From: Octopus vulgaris
Lineage: Eukaryota
Length of the DNA: 64,000 nt
Reading direction: 5' to 3'
Assembly (NCBI GenBank): GCA_951406725.2
Contig: OX597818.1
Span: 91,760,001 to 91,824,000 of the forward strand
Shown: positions 13,501-27,317 of the stretch, piece after piece
Numbering within the stretch: position 1 is the stretch's first letter
Layout: the number at the start of each line of letters is the position of its first letter
Notes under the pieces: generated by a model
The model's database searches: none
What the model saw: the letters and a program-made list of their open reading frames with translations, nothing else
Told to the model about the DNA's origin: nothing
Program-made: the position numbers and the translations under genes

Positions 13501-14958
13501 ACTCTCTACATGCAGCAAGACAGATCTCGTCTATTTTTGTCTTTCTGTATATCCAGATAAATACTATAATCTTTTGACCTATTCTCTGATTAGTTCTAGC
13601 ATGAAGAACTTGGTTCCATTCTAAATCTATGTATGTAACATTCTATTTTATGTTTGTCTTTACAGTTTCGAAGAAAGCAATTATTTTGAATAAGATTTCA
13701 GATGAATTTGATACCAGAGTCTATAAATTTCATGCCAAATTAATCAACCTTTTTCATATGCTGTGACCCTTGAGATTATTTTACTGAAGAAATGTAACAA
13801 CATTCTATAAGTAAATTCAAAACAATAGCTTGAAGAAATTTACATTTTACATTATCTTCGAAGTCGTGGGAAATCGATCGACGAGTTCAATATGTATGCG
13901 CGCGTGCCTCTGTGTGTTTGTGTGTGGTAATACAAGAGTTAGAAAACATGTAAAAAAAACTTGTTTCATATTTCAATATAGACTTTCATAGGCCGGTTAA
14001 CATGTGTATTCAGTTGTGAACAGTAGCATGGGATGAAACTAGGAGTACACTGCCAACCTTTGATATAATAAACAGTCAGGAACACACGCATAAATGTACA
14101 CACATATGTATATAAACATGTATGCATGTATATACCACTATGTCAGTACCGTCTAAAAGTATAGCATTTTGAATATAAATAACCTGCAACTGAATGCAGT
14201 AAATTAACATAGATGCAGTAAATTAATATATGTATTACAACATACATACATACGTTGCCTGAGTAGTTTCTGATCCAAGTTTGTTGTGTACTTTTTCAGA
14301 ATATATTGCGAAATGCATTCTGTACACAAATAATATTAATATCATTATGGTATAAAGACATGTAACGGTAAAATATAAATCACAGTATACAAGGTTTATT
14401 CAATATAGGTTAGCTGCATACTTATTGCGTGATTATTGTATAACGAGCTTCCATATAAAATCCATTGAGGTTTTCATTTACAGAAACGTCAGCATTTACA
14501 GGACACGTATATAAAAATATGAACGTCAGCTAAGGATACGTATCTAAATATATGAACGTCAGATAAGTGACACGATCTTTTATCTTTTACTTCTGTTACT
14601 CAATGTTTGGCGGTCAGTCTAGGGCACCATCTTGAAGAGATTGGTCGAAGAAATCGAGAAGGTAAGGTAAACAAAGCATCATCAGTTGCCAAATGGATGG
14701 TAACAAGCACACGCACATCTATGTATATATAGATTGTAGAAAGGAGTTGCAACGTCACTGATGCGAAGCTGTATCGGCCTTTGCTTTTCCCTTGAATATT
14801 ATCAGTTGTCTGGAGAGGGGAGATGGTATTCATGGATGACAGCTGGCCTTCCATAAAACAAATTTACTCGAACTTGTTCCATTCATGACTGACGGGTGTC
14901 TTTACCCGTAACCATACGTACACACACACACACACATGTATATATATATATTACATAC

Positions 14959-15048
<90 letters not shown>

Positions 15049-15140
15049 GCATGCATGTATGTATGTATGTATGTATGTATGTATGTATGTATGTATGTAT
15101 GTATGTATGTATGTATGTATGTATGCATGTAAGTATGTAT

Positions 15141-15412
15141 GTATATAATTTAGAGAAAAACCACTATTAAACAATTCAATAATGAAAGATGCTTTTTACA
15201 CCATGTAGAAAACATATACTATAAAAATCTTATTCTAAAAATCAATATAGTACAATAAATAGTAAATAGCAGTAAATACTATTTATTGTACTATTTATTG
15301 TACTTTATTGATATTTAGAATAAGATTTTTATAGTATATGTTTTCTATATGGTGTGGATAACATCTTTCATTATTGAATTGTTTAATAGTGGTTTTTCTC
15401 TAAATTATATAC
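15141..15412. repeat. Near-perfect inverted repeat (~120-bp arms)
   Basis: GTATATAATTTAGAGAAAAACCACTATTAAACAATTCAATAATGAAAGATG... is mirrored by ...CATCTTTCATTATTGAATTGTTTAATAGTGGTTTTTCTCTAAATTATATAC. Confidence 0.9.
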
Positions 15413-15489
15413 ACATATTATATATTTTGAAATTTGATTTTAAATTGTTAGATTGAATTTTTCCCTGTAAGTTTTGGAATTATATTCCA

Positions 15490-15561
<72 letters not shown>

Positions 15562-15568
15562 CATATAC

Positions 15569-15632
<64 letters not shown>

Positions 15633-16263
15633 ACTGACACATATTACAATACACAAATAAGCCTGTGGAAATGGTAAAATAATCTTTGACTAATTAGATA
15701 TAATCCCGACTTCGGCCAACAATGGGTGTAAAGCTGAGGCCAACCATGCAATTTTGCAACCAGATTGGATTTCAGATTCAAACTAACTTCACCTCGCTTC
15801 CTCCTGAACTCCAGCCAATAGACAAATATCTCACTTGAGTTCACTTCGAACCAAGCTGGTTGAAACACCCACAACGTATCTGCCCAGAAAAGTATGTCCG
15901 ATTGCATGTGCAGCGGAAACACATGTAGGTTTTCGTAACTATAAAGATATGATGTATAATATTGTAAAATAAAAGGAAATAATTTTTTGGCACGTACCAG
16001 TCTTCATGCTCTTTATCACTGTAATTATTGCAAATATGCACTCTAGATAACATTACCATCCACTGAAGCAAGCATAGAATTACCCATCGGACAAATTTAC
16101 AGCATGGGTAATTACTCCTAGGAAGCATAGTTATTACCCCTAGTAATCACATATGTTAAATACTAATCGATGCAGTTAGCCATAACCTGGAACATAATTG
16201 TGAGCTATTACGGTATAAGCCCGGATAATATATCCCTTAAATTCATATTAATGATTCTTGTAT

Positions 16264-16994
16264 TTCAACGAGCTGTTTCCAATAAGAAATAACATTACAT
16301 TAGACAACTTTTGGTGGCTATACCAGAAAAGGGAGCTATTTTTAGCACTAGAGTTAACCACTTAGCGGTAACTCTCTTATATTTAAGTATAAATTTGTAT
16401 TGTCTCCCTGGTTTTTTATGTGCTAAGCCACTTGGTGTTAAACTGATGGTATTATTAAATTAATATCTAATTTTTCACCCTCATTTATAACTTTATAAAT
16501 TTAATGATGCTGCAGTAAATATATTATATGCAGTATTCGTTTCCACTAAGTCTTATCATGCTTTTGGCGGGGAATCTGAATCACAACTATGAATGCAATC
16601 GATTAAACCGCATGGGTATTTGACGCTCGTGAGGGTCTAATAAATTGTATCGAAGACAAACCTCCGCTGATGATTTATAGATAAATATGTGAGTAAAATT
16701 GCATATTTAATTAATAATGAAACAATTGTTCGGGGTTAATCTATTTTTTCGTTGTATCTCACTTTCCTTGCGTTGAATGTAATGTTATTTCTTATTGGAA
16801 ACAACTTTTGGTGGCTATACCAGAAAAAGGAGCTATTTTTAGCACTAGAGTTAACCACTTAGCGGTAACTCTCTTATATTTAAGTATAAATTTGTATTGT
16901 CTCCCTGGTTTTTTATTTGCTAAGCCACTTGGTGTTAAACTGATGGTATTATTAAATTAATATCTAATTTTTCACCCTCATTTATAAATTTATA
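16264..16994 (+). mobile_element. Penelope-like pLTR / retrozyme-like unit: 187-bp direct repeats 497 nt apart with an inverted 5' extension
   Basis: 16304-16490 matches 16801-16987 (2 mismatches); 16276-16301 is the reverse complement of 16776-16801; contains a hammerhead; ends in (TA)n. Confidence 0.75.
16659..16737 (+). ncRNA. Type I hammerhead ribozyme motif
   Basis: CTCCG-CTGATGA-[TTTAT..AAATATGT/GCATATTT..ATAAT]-GAAAC-AATT-GTT-CGGGG; canonical core; palindromic stem III ACAATTGT; predicted cleavage after 16730. Confidence 0.75.
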
Positions 16995-17032
16995 TATATA
17001 TATATATATATAAATTTATTTATTTATTATTA

Positions 17033-17105
17033 TTCCACTACTCGGAATCGAACTCGGAATCTTTGGTTTAGTTGTCCGCGCTCTTAACCACTACGCCATA
17101 TGCCC
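17033..17105 (-). mobile_element. tRNA-like SINE head / tRNA pseudogene
   Basis: GGGCATATGGCGTAGTGGTTAAGAGCGCGG...GAGTTCGATTCC has A and B boxes, but no pairing acceptor stem. Confidence 0.55.
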
Positions 17106-17199
17106 GTGGGTTATTATGGAGTAAATCGTAGCGCTTATAAATCTAATATACTTTTATTCTACTTTAATACCGGTTCCCATATGATGTTCATATCTTCAC

Positions 17200-17780
17200 T
17201 CGGTCTGCTTACGAGTTTGTTGTGTCGTAGCATATGTGCTGCTTCTTTTAGTTTTCATATCTTCCGGTGGTGTTCTCAGACTATTATTTTGACTTCATCA
17301 CACAGGGGAGGTGGTCTCCATTTTTCCATACATAATCAGCTACCCCTGATTGATCTTTTCGTGTCACATCTTTGTGATGTTCGTCTGCCCTTATTTTGAG
17401 GGGGCGACATGTTTCGCGTTTGTATAACCTACCACAGCTGCGTGGGATGAAGTACAAGCAGTCTTTGATCATATTCTCTTCTATTGGTGGTTTTACTCGA
17501 AGGAGATATTTGCGAAGTGTTGAATACTGTCCTGATGTCATATGGTCCGCATATCGTTTGTATATTTTCGGAGAAGCATTTCACATAGGGTAGACAGACT
17601 GTGGACAGTTTATTGGCCTTATCCTCTCTCTTCTTCATAATTGTAGTGGGTACTATATTTTTGGGCAGTTGTTAACAGATCCTTATTGTGAGCTTGATCA
17701 TTTCTTCGTGGTGTGTATCAGGATCGCTACTTAGATTCTTTATACGATGTTTTAGGCAATCTACTATTGCCTAAAATTTG
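17200..17780 (-). mobile_element. Degenerate Penelope-like element (RT linker plus GIY-YIG endonuclease)
   Basis: Frameshifted ORFs read LPYVKCFSENIQTIC...IRTVF and TLRKYLLRVKP...CLYFIPRSCGRLYKRETCRPLKIRADEH, matching the PLE LPYV / VYxIPCxCxxxYIGET / RxxEH pattern. Confidence 0.75.
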
Positions 17781-17889
17781 GCAAGTTGGGGAAATTTGGG
17801 GCAATTTGGGGACCGAGCCCCAAGTACTAACAGGAAAAGTGACAGATAGTTATGTGCAGATCATTTTGGTGACCCCAGAATAATGTAAA

Positions 17890-18350
17890 CTATGCTTACA
17901 ACCACTATGGTGGTCTTATTAGTGTTGAGTAACGGAGATCAGATCAGGCCACTTTACTTCTTTGTACATGATCTTAGAATTAAGGCTGTTAGATATGTTA
18001 ATGCGTGGAAGACAGTTCTGGAACTCTGGATGGATGAATTACGCATTGGAAGGCCGTACGAGTTTCAACAAAACTCAGCCCTTTCTCACAAGTCTTCAGT
18101 AACCCAGGAATAAATGTCTGACAATCTCTACTATAGTGTAACAGCAAACATGTGCCCACCAATCTTGCCACAGTGAAATCCAATCGACCACTAGTTTTGG
18201 AACATTATTAAAAATGAAACTGATGGACATGCTGACCATACCATTACAAAGAAGACCGGAACTGTCCAAACGATGCTCATTTAGTGCAGGCCTGTAAACG
18301 ATTCAGGCCTGCTTTGAAGCAGAGGCTGAAGCTAAAGGCAGAATCAAAGA
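17890..18350 (+). mobile_element. Tc1/maT-type transposase remnant
   Basis: RPYEFQQNSALSHKSSVTQE resembles the FQQDSAPAHK..TQ catalytic segment; heavily decayed. Confidence 0.5.
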
Positions 18351-18734
18351 TTATCGAGAAAATGTGCGCAAATTGTTAAAAATACATTTGACCTCTCGCA
18401 ACATGCAAATACGCGCATGGATCCATGCATACATACGTACATGCTTACAGACTCACACACACACACATTTCATACATACATACATATATGCATGTATGCA
18501 TGTGTATATACATACATACATACATACATACATACATACATACAGATAGACAGACAGACACATATTTTCTCGCTGTATTAAGAGTTCGTTTCTCTTTTTG
18601 TCTTCTGCAATTTTATTTTTTGATCTTCTATATATATGAAGAATTTTCCTTCGTCTAGCTGTTTTTGTTTCTACAAAACGGGAAGTTGCAGTATGGAACA
18701 GTCATTTTAACGATTTTGTTTTTATTTATTATTT

Positions 18735-18836
18735 ATCACCCGATGAGATACTTCTGCACACTAGTTACACTTGAACCGTTTTTGTGTGTCCCACAAGAGA
18801 AGTCGATGCTAGATGTGTCGAAACAATTGTTGTGAT
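18735..18836 (+). ncRNA. Hammerhead-like motif with variant core (CCGATGA)
   Basis: ATCAC-CCGATGA-GATAC...GTGTC-GAAAC-AATT-GTT-GTGAT; stems I, II and III all pair; (TA)n follows at 18881. Confidence 0.6.
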
Positions 18837-18879
18837 TAATAATATATTCTCGTATATTCCATCTTCTGTATTTCATTCG

Positions 18880-18925
<46 letters not shown>

Positions 18926-20109
18926 GTGTGTGTGTGTGTCTGTCTGTCTGTATGTATGTATATATTTATACGCAGACATATATAGACCACACATATAAAA
19001 TGGTAACATTTTTCGACTTGGATCAAGTACAAAGTAATCCTTTAAAAATTCTTAGTGTATATAATTTTGCTAATAATGATTCAGTTCTGATGAGGCTAAA
19101 ATGTTGCTAAAATGTTTCAGAAATATTGATTCTAGGATTTAATAATCTTAGAGAAACTTTAAATATGACTTGCCATTTTCGTTTTCAGAACACCTAATCT
19201 GCCACTAGATTCCCACTTGTAGCTAGCTTTTACGACCTGTTTGCATACAGAAATGCACGATCCTTTCATCAATAACATTGGCAGACAGCTAAACTTAGTA
19301 TCTTTTGAAAACTTATAAGCCTGGTTTCAATCTTGCGTTCGTTTTTCTTCCGTTCAGTTCTCTTGAAATCCATTTTTCATATACATAGGTTTGCCAAAAG
19401 ATTTCACCCGTGGTTTACAACTCACTAGTTTGGAGTTTTGCCAAATTATACCATAACATTTGTCAGAGATTTTAGCTATGTATGTATGTATGTATGTATG
19501 TATGTATGTATGTATGTATGTATGTATGTATGTATGTATTTAGTTATGTATATTAGCGGGGATCATCGAGTACCCAATAACTACACAAGTGTAAGCATTC
19601 AATTGGTTGTGTTTGGAAATTGTCATTTCTTGTCACATGCATTATAACGTAGGGAGAAAATTTACTTTTGAGCTCCTAGGTTGCTCCCCTTGGATAGCTA
19701 CGTGATATATTACATAGTTAACCAATATTATCAGTAAAAATCTTATTAATAGAAAATAAGTCTAATTTCTCAAAAAGTAAGTGACTATTGCAAAAGGAGT
19801 AAAGATAAATGGAAGAAGGCGAACTCATAAAGATTTAAAGCTAGAAACTGGGTAGTATGCGATGCTCCATGTAAGCTTGCGTTTTCTGTGACTACAAGAG
19901 TCAATAACGGACATACTCATCGAACATTCAAAATGTTTCCACCCACTTGTTTTATTCAAAATGGAAGTCTTTTTCCAAATTTTTAACGCGCAATTGTCAA
20001 AACGGTCATATCTCCCAACAGATTTTGATATTATATTTAAAATACTTCGGTGAGCTTAGAACTCACTTTTCCGTCGTGCATTAATAACATTGTCTTTAGT
20101 TTATTTTCA

Positions 20110-20372
<263 letters not shown>

Positions 20373-20584
20373 TTCCTTCTTTCTTCAAATTTTCTTCCAT
20401 TTCTCGCCGAGTGTTTTCCGTACACCTAGGGCAGAGAAGCTCAATTGTATGCATTTCCAGATTACACACGCAAATTCACTGGTAAAATATGTATTTAAAA
20501 AATAAATAAATTCATAAATGGATGTTGTTTTCACAGCGATAATGCTCTTCTCAGTACATGAGTCGTTCCATTTAATTATTATTA

Positions 20585-20645
<61 letters not shown>

Positions 20646-22939
20646 CATCATCATCATCATGATAGTCATATCTGTAACAATTTAGTATTTCACGTTGTAT
20701 TGTATAGTTAATGTTGCACTCGTTCGACCACCAAATACAAATAGACAAAGGTTTGATATAGTTTTATCAATATACCTCAAATTAACATTGTAGATTAAAT
20801 ATTACTTATTCTCTCTTCCATTCCTATATTGCTCAGACAGATCAGATTCAGTTAGTTTAGATCATTGTTGCAATACTGGATGAGCATACTTACTTGACTG
20901 TCTTCGCATATGCATTAAAAATTTACGTTGGTCTTCATATTTCGTGTGTTACGGTGCTCGTTTTTATTTGGAGTACAACAACAGCTTGTCTCATATGGCT
21001 TCTGGTGTAAATTATATTTTTACTGTAGTGATAATAAGAAAATATTTACTTGTTCATGTCGGGAAGTTTTGCTGACTTACGTTTAACAAGTAAAGGCATA
21101 TAAATCAGTCAATATTGTGGGATTTATGTTCCTAAGAGTGGAGACTGAATATATACGCATGTAAGTCTTTGACGATATTTTTCTAAAGCACAATCGAAAT
21201 TTAGGGCCGCTACCACGAATGTATCTTGTCAGAAGATATTTCAGCCTATGTAGTTAATTTACTTTTTTTCGAAAACAATTTTTCGTAACAACTGAAATAT
21301 TTACGAGCTATGAACCGAACTTAATCAAAGTCAACAAGATAACCACATCAGGTTAATACACTAACTGGAAATAGAATAGAAACAACATTCCTTCAGATAA
21401 TAACATGACAGCTTAAAAAGAGAGACTGATAACATTGGATAGATCTTACATAGATTTATTAGAAACAACAAAATATAATGATCATATAGAATTATGATGG
21501 CTCTAATAGTTATGTGAATATTGTAAAAATGTTCCACATTGAATTATACAAAAATCATGTCAGGAGAAAAACGATTAACTCTAATGTGCATCTTCCCAAT
21601 TCGTTACTGTGTTAGCCATCAAGTACTCTTTAAGCTAAGAATTTTAAAAATAGAGTACTAATAATTATTAGTGTACTTAGTAAAAGTAACGAGGGAGAAA
21701 CGTTTTTCCGTTATTTGTTTCGTGTATTAATGATATGATACTATGCCTTCTGCTATTTGATTTACTTATTTTACACGGCAATTTTCGGAGAATAGCATCG
21801 TTGATTACAGGTGTCCAACAGAGCAATCACCACTTCCCTGCAGTTCTGACGGCGTCGTTAGCAAGTTAGAGACTGTGACTCGGTGCAAAGGACATCGTTG
21901 AAAGAGCAGCATTTTTATCACCATCTGGTACATTGCGGCTAAGTTTCATCCATTCGAGTTCGAAATAGGCACCAGCCTAGTACTAGGATCGATATAATCG
22001 TCTTCCCTTCCCCTAAGATGTTTTTGACTTGGATAAAATCTGAAATGATTATTAGGACTCTTGTGTTGCAGAATTCCAGGTATTTTATTATATAGCTTGA
22101 GGAGATTTTTTTTTTGTTGTTTTTTTTTTTTGTGGGGTAACATCGTGCGTTGATTCTCATCTTGATTCTCACCTCTTTCTCCTCAATATTAGAAACAATT
22201 GTTTCTGATGTCTTCATTGATTCATGGATTTTATGGTAGTCTAAAAGGCAAAGTAATGTTTGAACACTGAGCGTTTGTCGATGCTATCGAACCCTGTTCT
22301 TAACTGGTACGTTATTCTATCAGCACTAAATGGATGAAAAACGAACATGACGGTGTGATTTAAACACAAAACGTAAAAAGTTGGACAGTTGTTTTAAGGA
22401 TAAAAGTATAAGCGCGAACGGTACCAAATATCTCAAGTAAATATCAAACTGAAGCGCTCGCACATACGCACACACGCATACAAATACACATGCATACGAA
22501 GACATGTACGCAAACGACAAAGAGAAAGTAACTCGGCGTTTGCTGGGCCACCTAGAAATATCAGCCAAGATTTCCCCAACTTATAGCCTAATAGCTTTAA
22601 AATTGAAGAAGTTATTGGATAATATAGTCCTAGATTATCTTATAATATTGTACTAGTTGTTCACTGTTGGAAAGCATTTGATCATGTACTGGCACAGGAA
22701 AAATACAGGCTAAAGAACATCATCAGTATCACTCACGCTCATCAGAAACCAATGACGTGTTATATCAGCCTGATTTAAACGGCAGTTAAAGCTTCCTCCT
22801 CTGCACAATCTTCCATCTTAAAAAAATAGAAGAGCAACATTTAAAACAAAAAGACGAGGCCACTCTGGCCTGAACGCTTTTTGCAAAATATCTGTTTCAT
22901 CATATCTGATTTGGGACTAAATTAACAACAGAAGAAACA

Positions 22940-23047
22940 TGCATACATACATACATACATACATACATACATACATACATGCATACATACATAGATACAT
23001 ACATACATACAACAATACATACATTCATACATACATACATACATACA

Positions 23048-23080
<33 letters not shown>

Positions 23081-23211
23081 TCATAGATACATACATTCAT
23101 ACATACATACATACATTCATAGATACGTACATGCATGCATGTATACATACATACAACAATACATACATTCATACATACATTCATACATACATACATACAT
23201 ACAACGATACA

Positions 23212-23244
<33 letters not shown>

Positions 23245-23505
23245 TCATAGATACATACATGCATACATACATACATACATTCATAGATACATACATACAT
23301 ACATACATACAACAATACATACATTCATACATATATACATACATACAACAATACATACATTCATACATACATATATACATACATACATATATTCATAGAT
23401 ACATACATACATACATACATACATTCATACATACATACATACATACATACATACATACATACATACATACATACATACATACATACATACATACATACAT
23501 ACACA
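22940..23505. repeat. Long interrupted (CATA)n satellite
   Basis: Directly visible, with recurring interruptions (CAACAATA, TTCATAGATA). Confidence 0.95.
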
Positions 23506-26207
23506 TACAGGCGTACATAACTCAGTTCAGGTAAGATCTGTTTTGAGTGGGCTGAATTATGTTTCCAATAAGTCATTTAAGATGGTAAGGTTCTCATCAA
23601 TTCGCAGATAATCTTACCAAAACCCCAGTTTGATCAAGAATTATATGGGATTAAGTAGCAATGGTTATCACCCCTACGCACAGGGAATTTTAATTTGAAT
23701 CGTTACGTTCATATTTAGTCTTATTCATTCTCTAATCTGTGCTGAAATCGTATTAATATGAAGGATGATAATCGTTTGCTTTGATTACGATAGATTTTAA
23801 TAGCATATGCTCAGTTATGACTGAAACTGAGTAGAGTTACAAATCTCAATAGCTTGTATTAATGAATCAATTATAAATAGTAATCAAATAATAATCTTGT
23901 TGTTACAGCAGGGATTTCACATTCTTGTGCCTACCTATAGATACTGGGATTGAAATTTTCAATCAGAATTAAACACCTTGCACTGTGGAAGTTGTACGAT
24001 GAACATTACCACACTGTGAGATTTGTGTAAGTTGGTCCGCTCAGGCATTTGTGATCAATTTTGGGGCAGCATATAAGGGTTCTGGCCAAGATTATTTTAT
24101 TATGAATTAACATACGCCATAAAAAACTGTAGGCAAATAAGACTGTTGGTAATTATGTAACTTGTTGAAGCACACAGTACTGTTAACTATATATACTATA
24201 TAGTCTACTAAAAGCCTGGTGGACTTGTATGTCCTTTGTTAAAAGCCCCTTCTACAGACATGGTCAATGTATTAAAATTCAAGGGCTAGTGACGCCTATA
24301 TCACATAATGCTATCTACTTATTGCTAGAAGTACTGGACAAACAACAGTTAACTAAGCATACTGCCCTGGGAAACATTAATATCATGGACACATCAGGTT
24401 CTATCTGCTACTGGAGCTGCGTAACTCAGTAAACCTGTCTCACAGCCATTTGATGGGTGACTCAACAGGCCAACCTCACCTACTTATGTGAGGAGAATAC
24501 TTTGAGTTTATTAGTAGTCGGAATTAAACCTGCAAAAATGGTAAAAAAAAAGAAGCCCTCATATATAGGTCAACAGTTACCCATAGAACGGGAGACAAAA
24601 ATACCACCAGTTTATTTCACAATACAAACACAGTATGATGGCAAAAGGAAATTCAGAGAAGGATTGTTAGGTCCTTAATCTAAAGCTGCTCGCTGGGTTA
24701 TAGATTTTGAGTGATCGTCACAAAACTGGTAACTGCTCTTCATTGTGGTACCTACTTGAACAGGACTGTTATGGGCTTCATAATTAAGATGATGATGGAA
24801 ATAATGACGATGTAGAAGAGAACACTACCAACTATAACTGCCATCTGGTAGTAATTCTTGTGATGCTGGAGCTAATGGTTCTGGTACTGTTAATGGTAAC
24901 AGTCTTGCTTTTTGTGATTATTTAGATTGTGATCTTCATAATTTTATTATTTGGTTGCGATTGTAGAAAACACCATGTAGTTGATAATATTTGTGATTAT
25001 TAGAAGGGTGCTATAATAAGGTTAATAAAAATAATAAGGTTGTGATTATTATAAGGGTACTATAAAATAGGTTAATTGGAATGATATGGAATAAATATTG
25101 GTTTGTTTTTGTAAAAAATCTAAGAATTCTCTATCTATAAATAAATAATTTCCAAATTCTAAATCAAAGGAAATCAATTCTTATTGGTCAGAAAATACTC
25201 GTTTATGATAGACTAACAAAATCAAAATAATAAAATTGTTAGAATATTGATAATTTTATTAAGCATATTCTCCGTTGGTCCTGCCGATGAATATTTGATT
25301 TCACTCAACTGAAATTCTACATGTCAAATGAAGATCAAAGCGGCTGAGTATTCAACAGGTAAAGTCCTCTTAACAGACTACTCGGCTCGAATAACCATAA
25401 CACAGTCTGAAAACGGTGGACATTTTGACTACAGGTACATTATAGAGAGTACCATACAGAGAGTGGTATGGATCCCTAGTAATGAGCAACTACTCTTTGT
25501 TTTCGACCCTGGATGAATGAAACGCAAATCTGACAACGATAGTATTTGAAACCAGAGAACCGAGCGCTGGAACGATACCGAAGGGAGTTCTATCCGATAT
25601 ACTAGTGTTTCAGGTGATTTACTATGCATCCTTTTCAGGAATCAAATAATAAAATGTTACCATCATGGACGGGATAACCAGCAGTTTGTTTTCAAATTAA
25701 CGAAATCATCTTTTATTGGCTGATTTATTATAAGAATCTTATCCAATATCAGCACAATTGACACTGTTTGATTAATATCGATTTGCATAATACCATAATA
25801 TTCATAACGGCAAATCTTACAAACCCCACGATCTTTACGATAACTACCACTCTATGAATTCAAAGTGTATTATCATAAAGCAGAAGCGTTATGTTGAACG
25901 ATGATATCCTTGGTATACAAAATCATAGGATGATCATAAATGGTTTGCTATTAACCACAGATCGAATATATTTGAGGAGAAATGAGGCTGAAGAACAGAA
26001 ACAACACTAAACTCTCTTCCACGCGGAAAAATCCCGCTTACACAACAGCGCAACAAATAATTAAAAAGAGATAGTTTAATTGTTCTTTTGAAAGACGGTA
26101 GGATATAGTAAGAGGAAGATTTGGTACCTAATTTTAGCACATCGGGTAACTGCGTAGATGCTCCCTTGTTAAGTCATTCAAAGCAAATATAGCAAGACAT
26201 CAACAGT

Positions 26208-26596
26208 GGATGGAAGCATTCCGTCGGTTACGACGATGAGGGTTCCGGTTGATCCGAATCAACGGAACAGCCTGCTCGTGAAATTAACGTGTAAGTGGCT
26301 GAGCACTCCACAGACACGTGTACCCTTAACGTAGTTCTCGGGGATATTCAGCGTGACACAGAGAGTGACAAGGCCGGTCCTTTGAAATACAGGTACAACA
26401 GAAACAGGAAGTAAGAGTGAGAGAAAGTTGTGGTGAAAGGGTACAGCAGGGATCACCACCATCCCCTGCCGGAGCCACGTGGAGCTTTAGGTGTTTTCGC
26501 TCAATAAACACTCACAACGCCTGGTCTGGGAATCGAAACCGCGATCCTATGACCGCGAGTCCGCTGCCCTAACCACTGGGCCATTGCGCCTCCACT
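26208..26596 (-). mobile_element. Full-length tRNA-derived SINE (family 1; related copies 32491-32870-, 48160-48330+)
   Basis: Head GTGGAGGCGCAATGGCCCAGTGGTTAGGGCAGCGGACTCGCGGTCATAGGATCGCGGTTTCGATTCCC with A/B boxes; body repeated in the window. Confidence 0.85.
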
Positions 26597-26800
26597 ATCA
26601 ACAGTAACAACAATAGCAACAACTAAAGTAGCAGCGAAGAACAAAATTTTAATAGCAGCGACGACAACAACAAACACAGCAAATATCGAAAGCAGCAACA
26701 ACAACAACACATACACTGCATTAACAGACATTAAGAAAAATCTCAAAAAACAAACGAAGAAATAATTATCAAATGAGCAAATATTAAACGTTCATTCTTA

Positions 26801-26806
26801 TTTATT
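26801..26806 (-). other. Probable polyadenylation signal of gene B
   Basis: AATAAA on the minus strand ~180 nt after the stop codon. Confidence 0.6.
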
Positions 26807-26987
26807 TTCATATCACATGACAGAAATATTCACAAAAAAATTTATCGGTAGATATGTTGACATAATCGATGTAACACCTGGCATGACACTTCGTGACTTG
26901 TCATGTAAATGATCTTCGATTAGTCAACTCAATATATAGCTGTATTTCTTGAGTAAGTTCGAGTCAATGAGCCTGTAACTTGTTGCT

Positions 26988-27152
26988 TTAGAATTCGGTA
27001 CGACATCTTCTCTGGAGGTAGCTGGACATTTTAGAGTGGTTCATAACACGGTTTCTCAGGGCCATCAGTTTGGGGTAGCTGCTGAGCATTGATGGTTCTT
27101 CCATCAGTGGGTTCTCAAGGGCACAGTAGCACATCATATCAGCCATGCTCAT
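26988..27152 (-). CDS. S-crystallin gene B, exon 6 ([54 protein letters not shown])
   Basis: CCTTCCAG acceptor; TAA at 26988-26990; sigma-GST C-terminal pattern. Confidence 0.96.
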   Translation of the reverse strand: MSMADMMCYCALENPLMEEPSMLSSYPKLMALRNRVMNHSKMSSYLQRRCRTEF

Positions 27153-27235
27153 CTGGAAGGAATATATGTTGGAAATTAGAATTAGAAATTCAATGACACT
27201 TTGGCTCATAAAACCAATGTATACAATGCATAGCA

Positions 27236-27316
<81 letters not shown>

Positions 27317-27317
<1 letters not shown>

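Noticed and set aside
13781-13820. CTGAAGA followed by an AATGT/ACATT hairpin
   Set aside because: No GAAA or stem III follows; not a supportable hammerhead.
15660-16140. Possible further GIY-YIG remnant (YMCFRCTCNRTY) on the minus strand
   Set aside because: A single weak motif; insufficient without a profile search.
19081-19125. CTGATGA-GGC...GCT-AAAA hammerhead-like string
   Set aside because: G12 missing and stem I does not pair.
23940-24720. Faint resemblance to a CRE-type non-LTR C-terminus (SHNAI)
   Set aside because: Too degenerate to support by eye.
26520-26596. tRNA-like sequences at SINE heads (also 1997, 8500, 17105, 49561, 56447, 58631)
   Set aside because: A/B boxes are present but there is no complete cloverleaf, and most run into repeat bodies; not tRNA genes.
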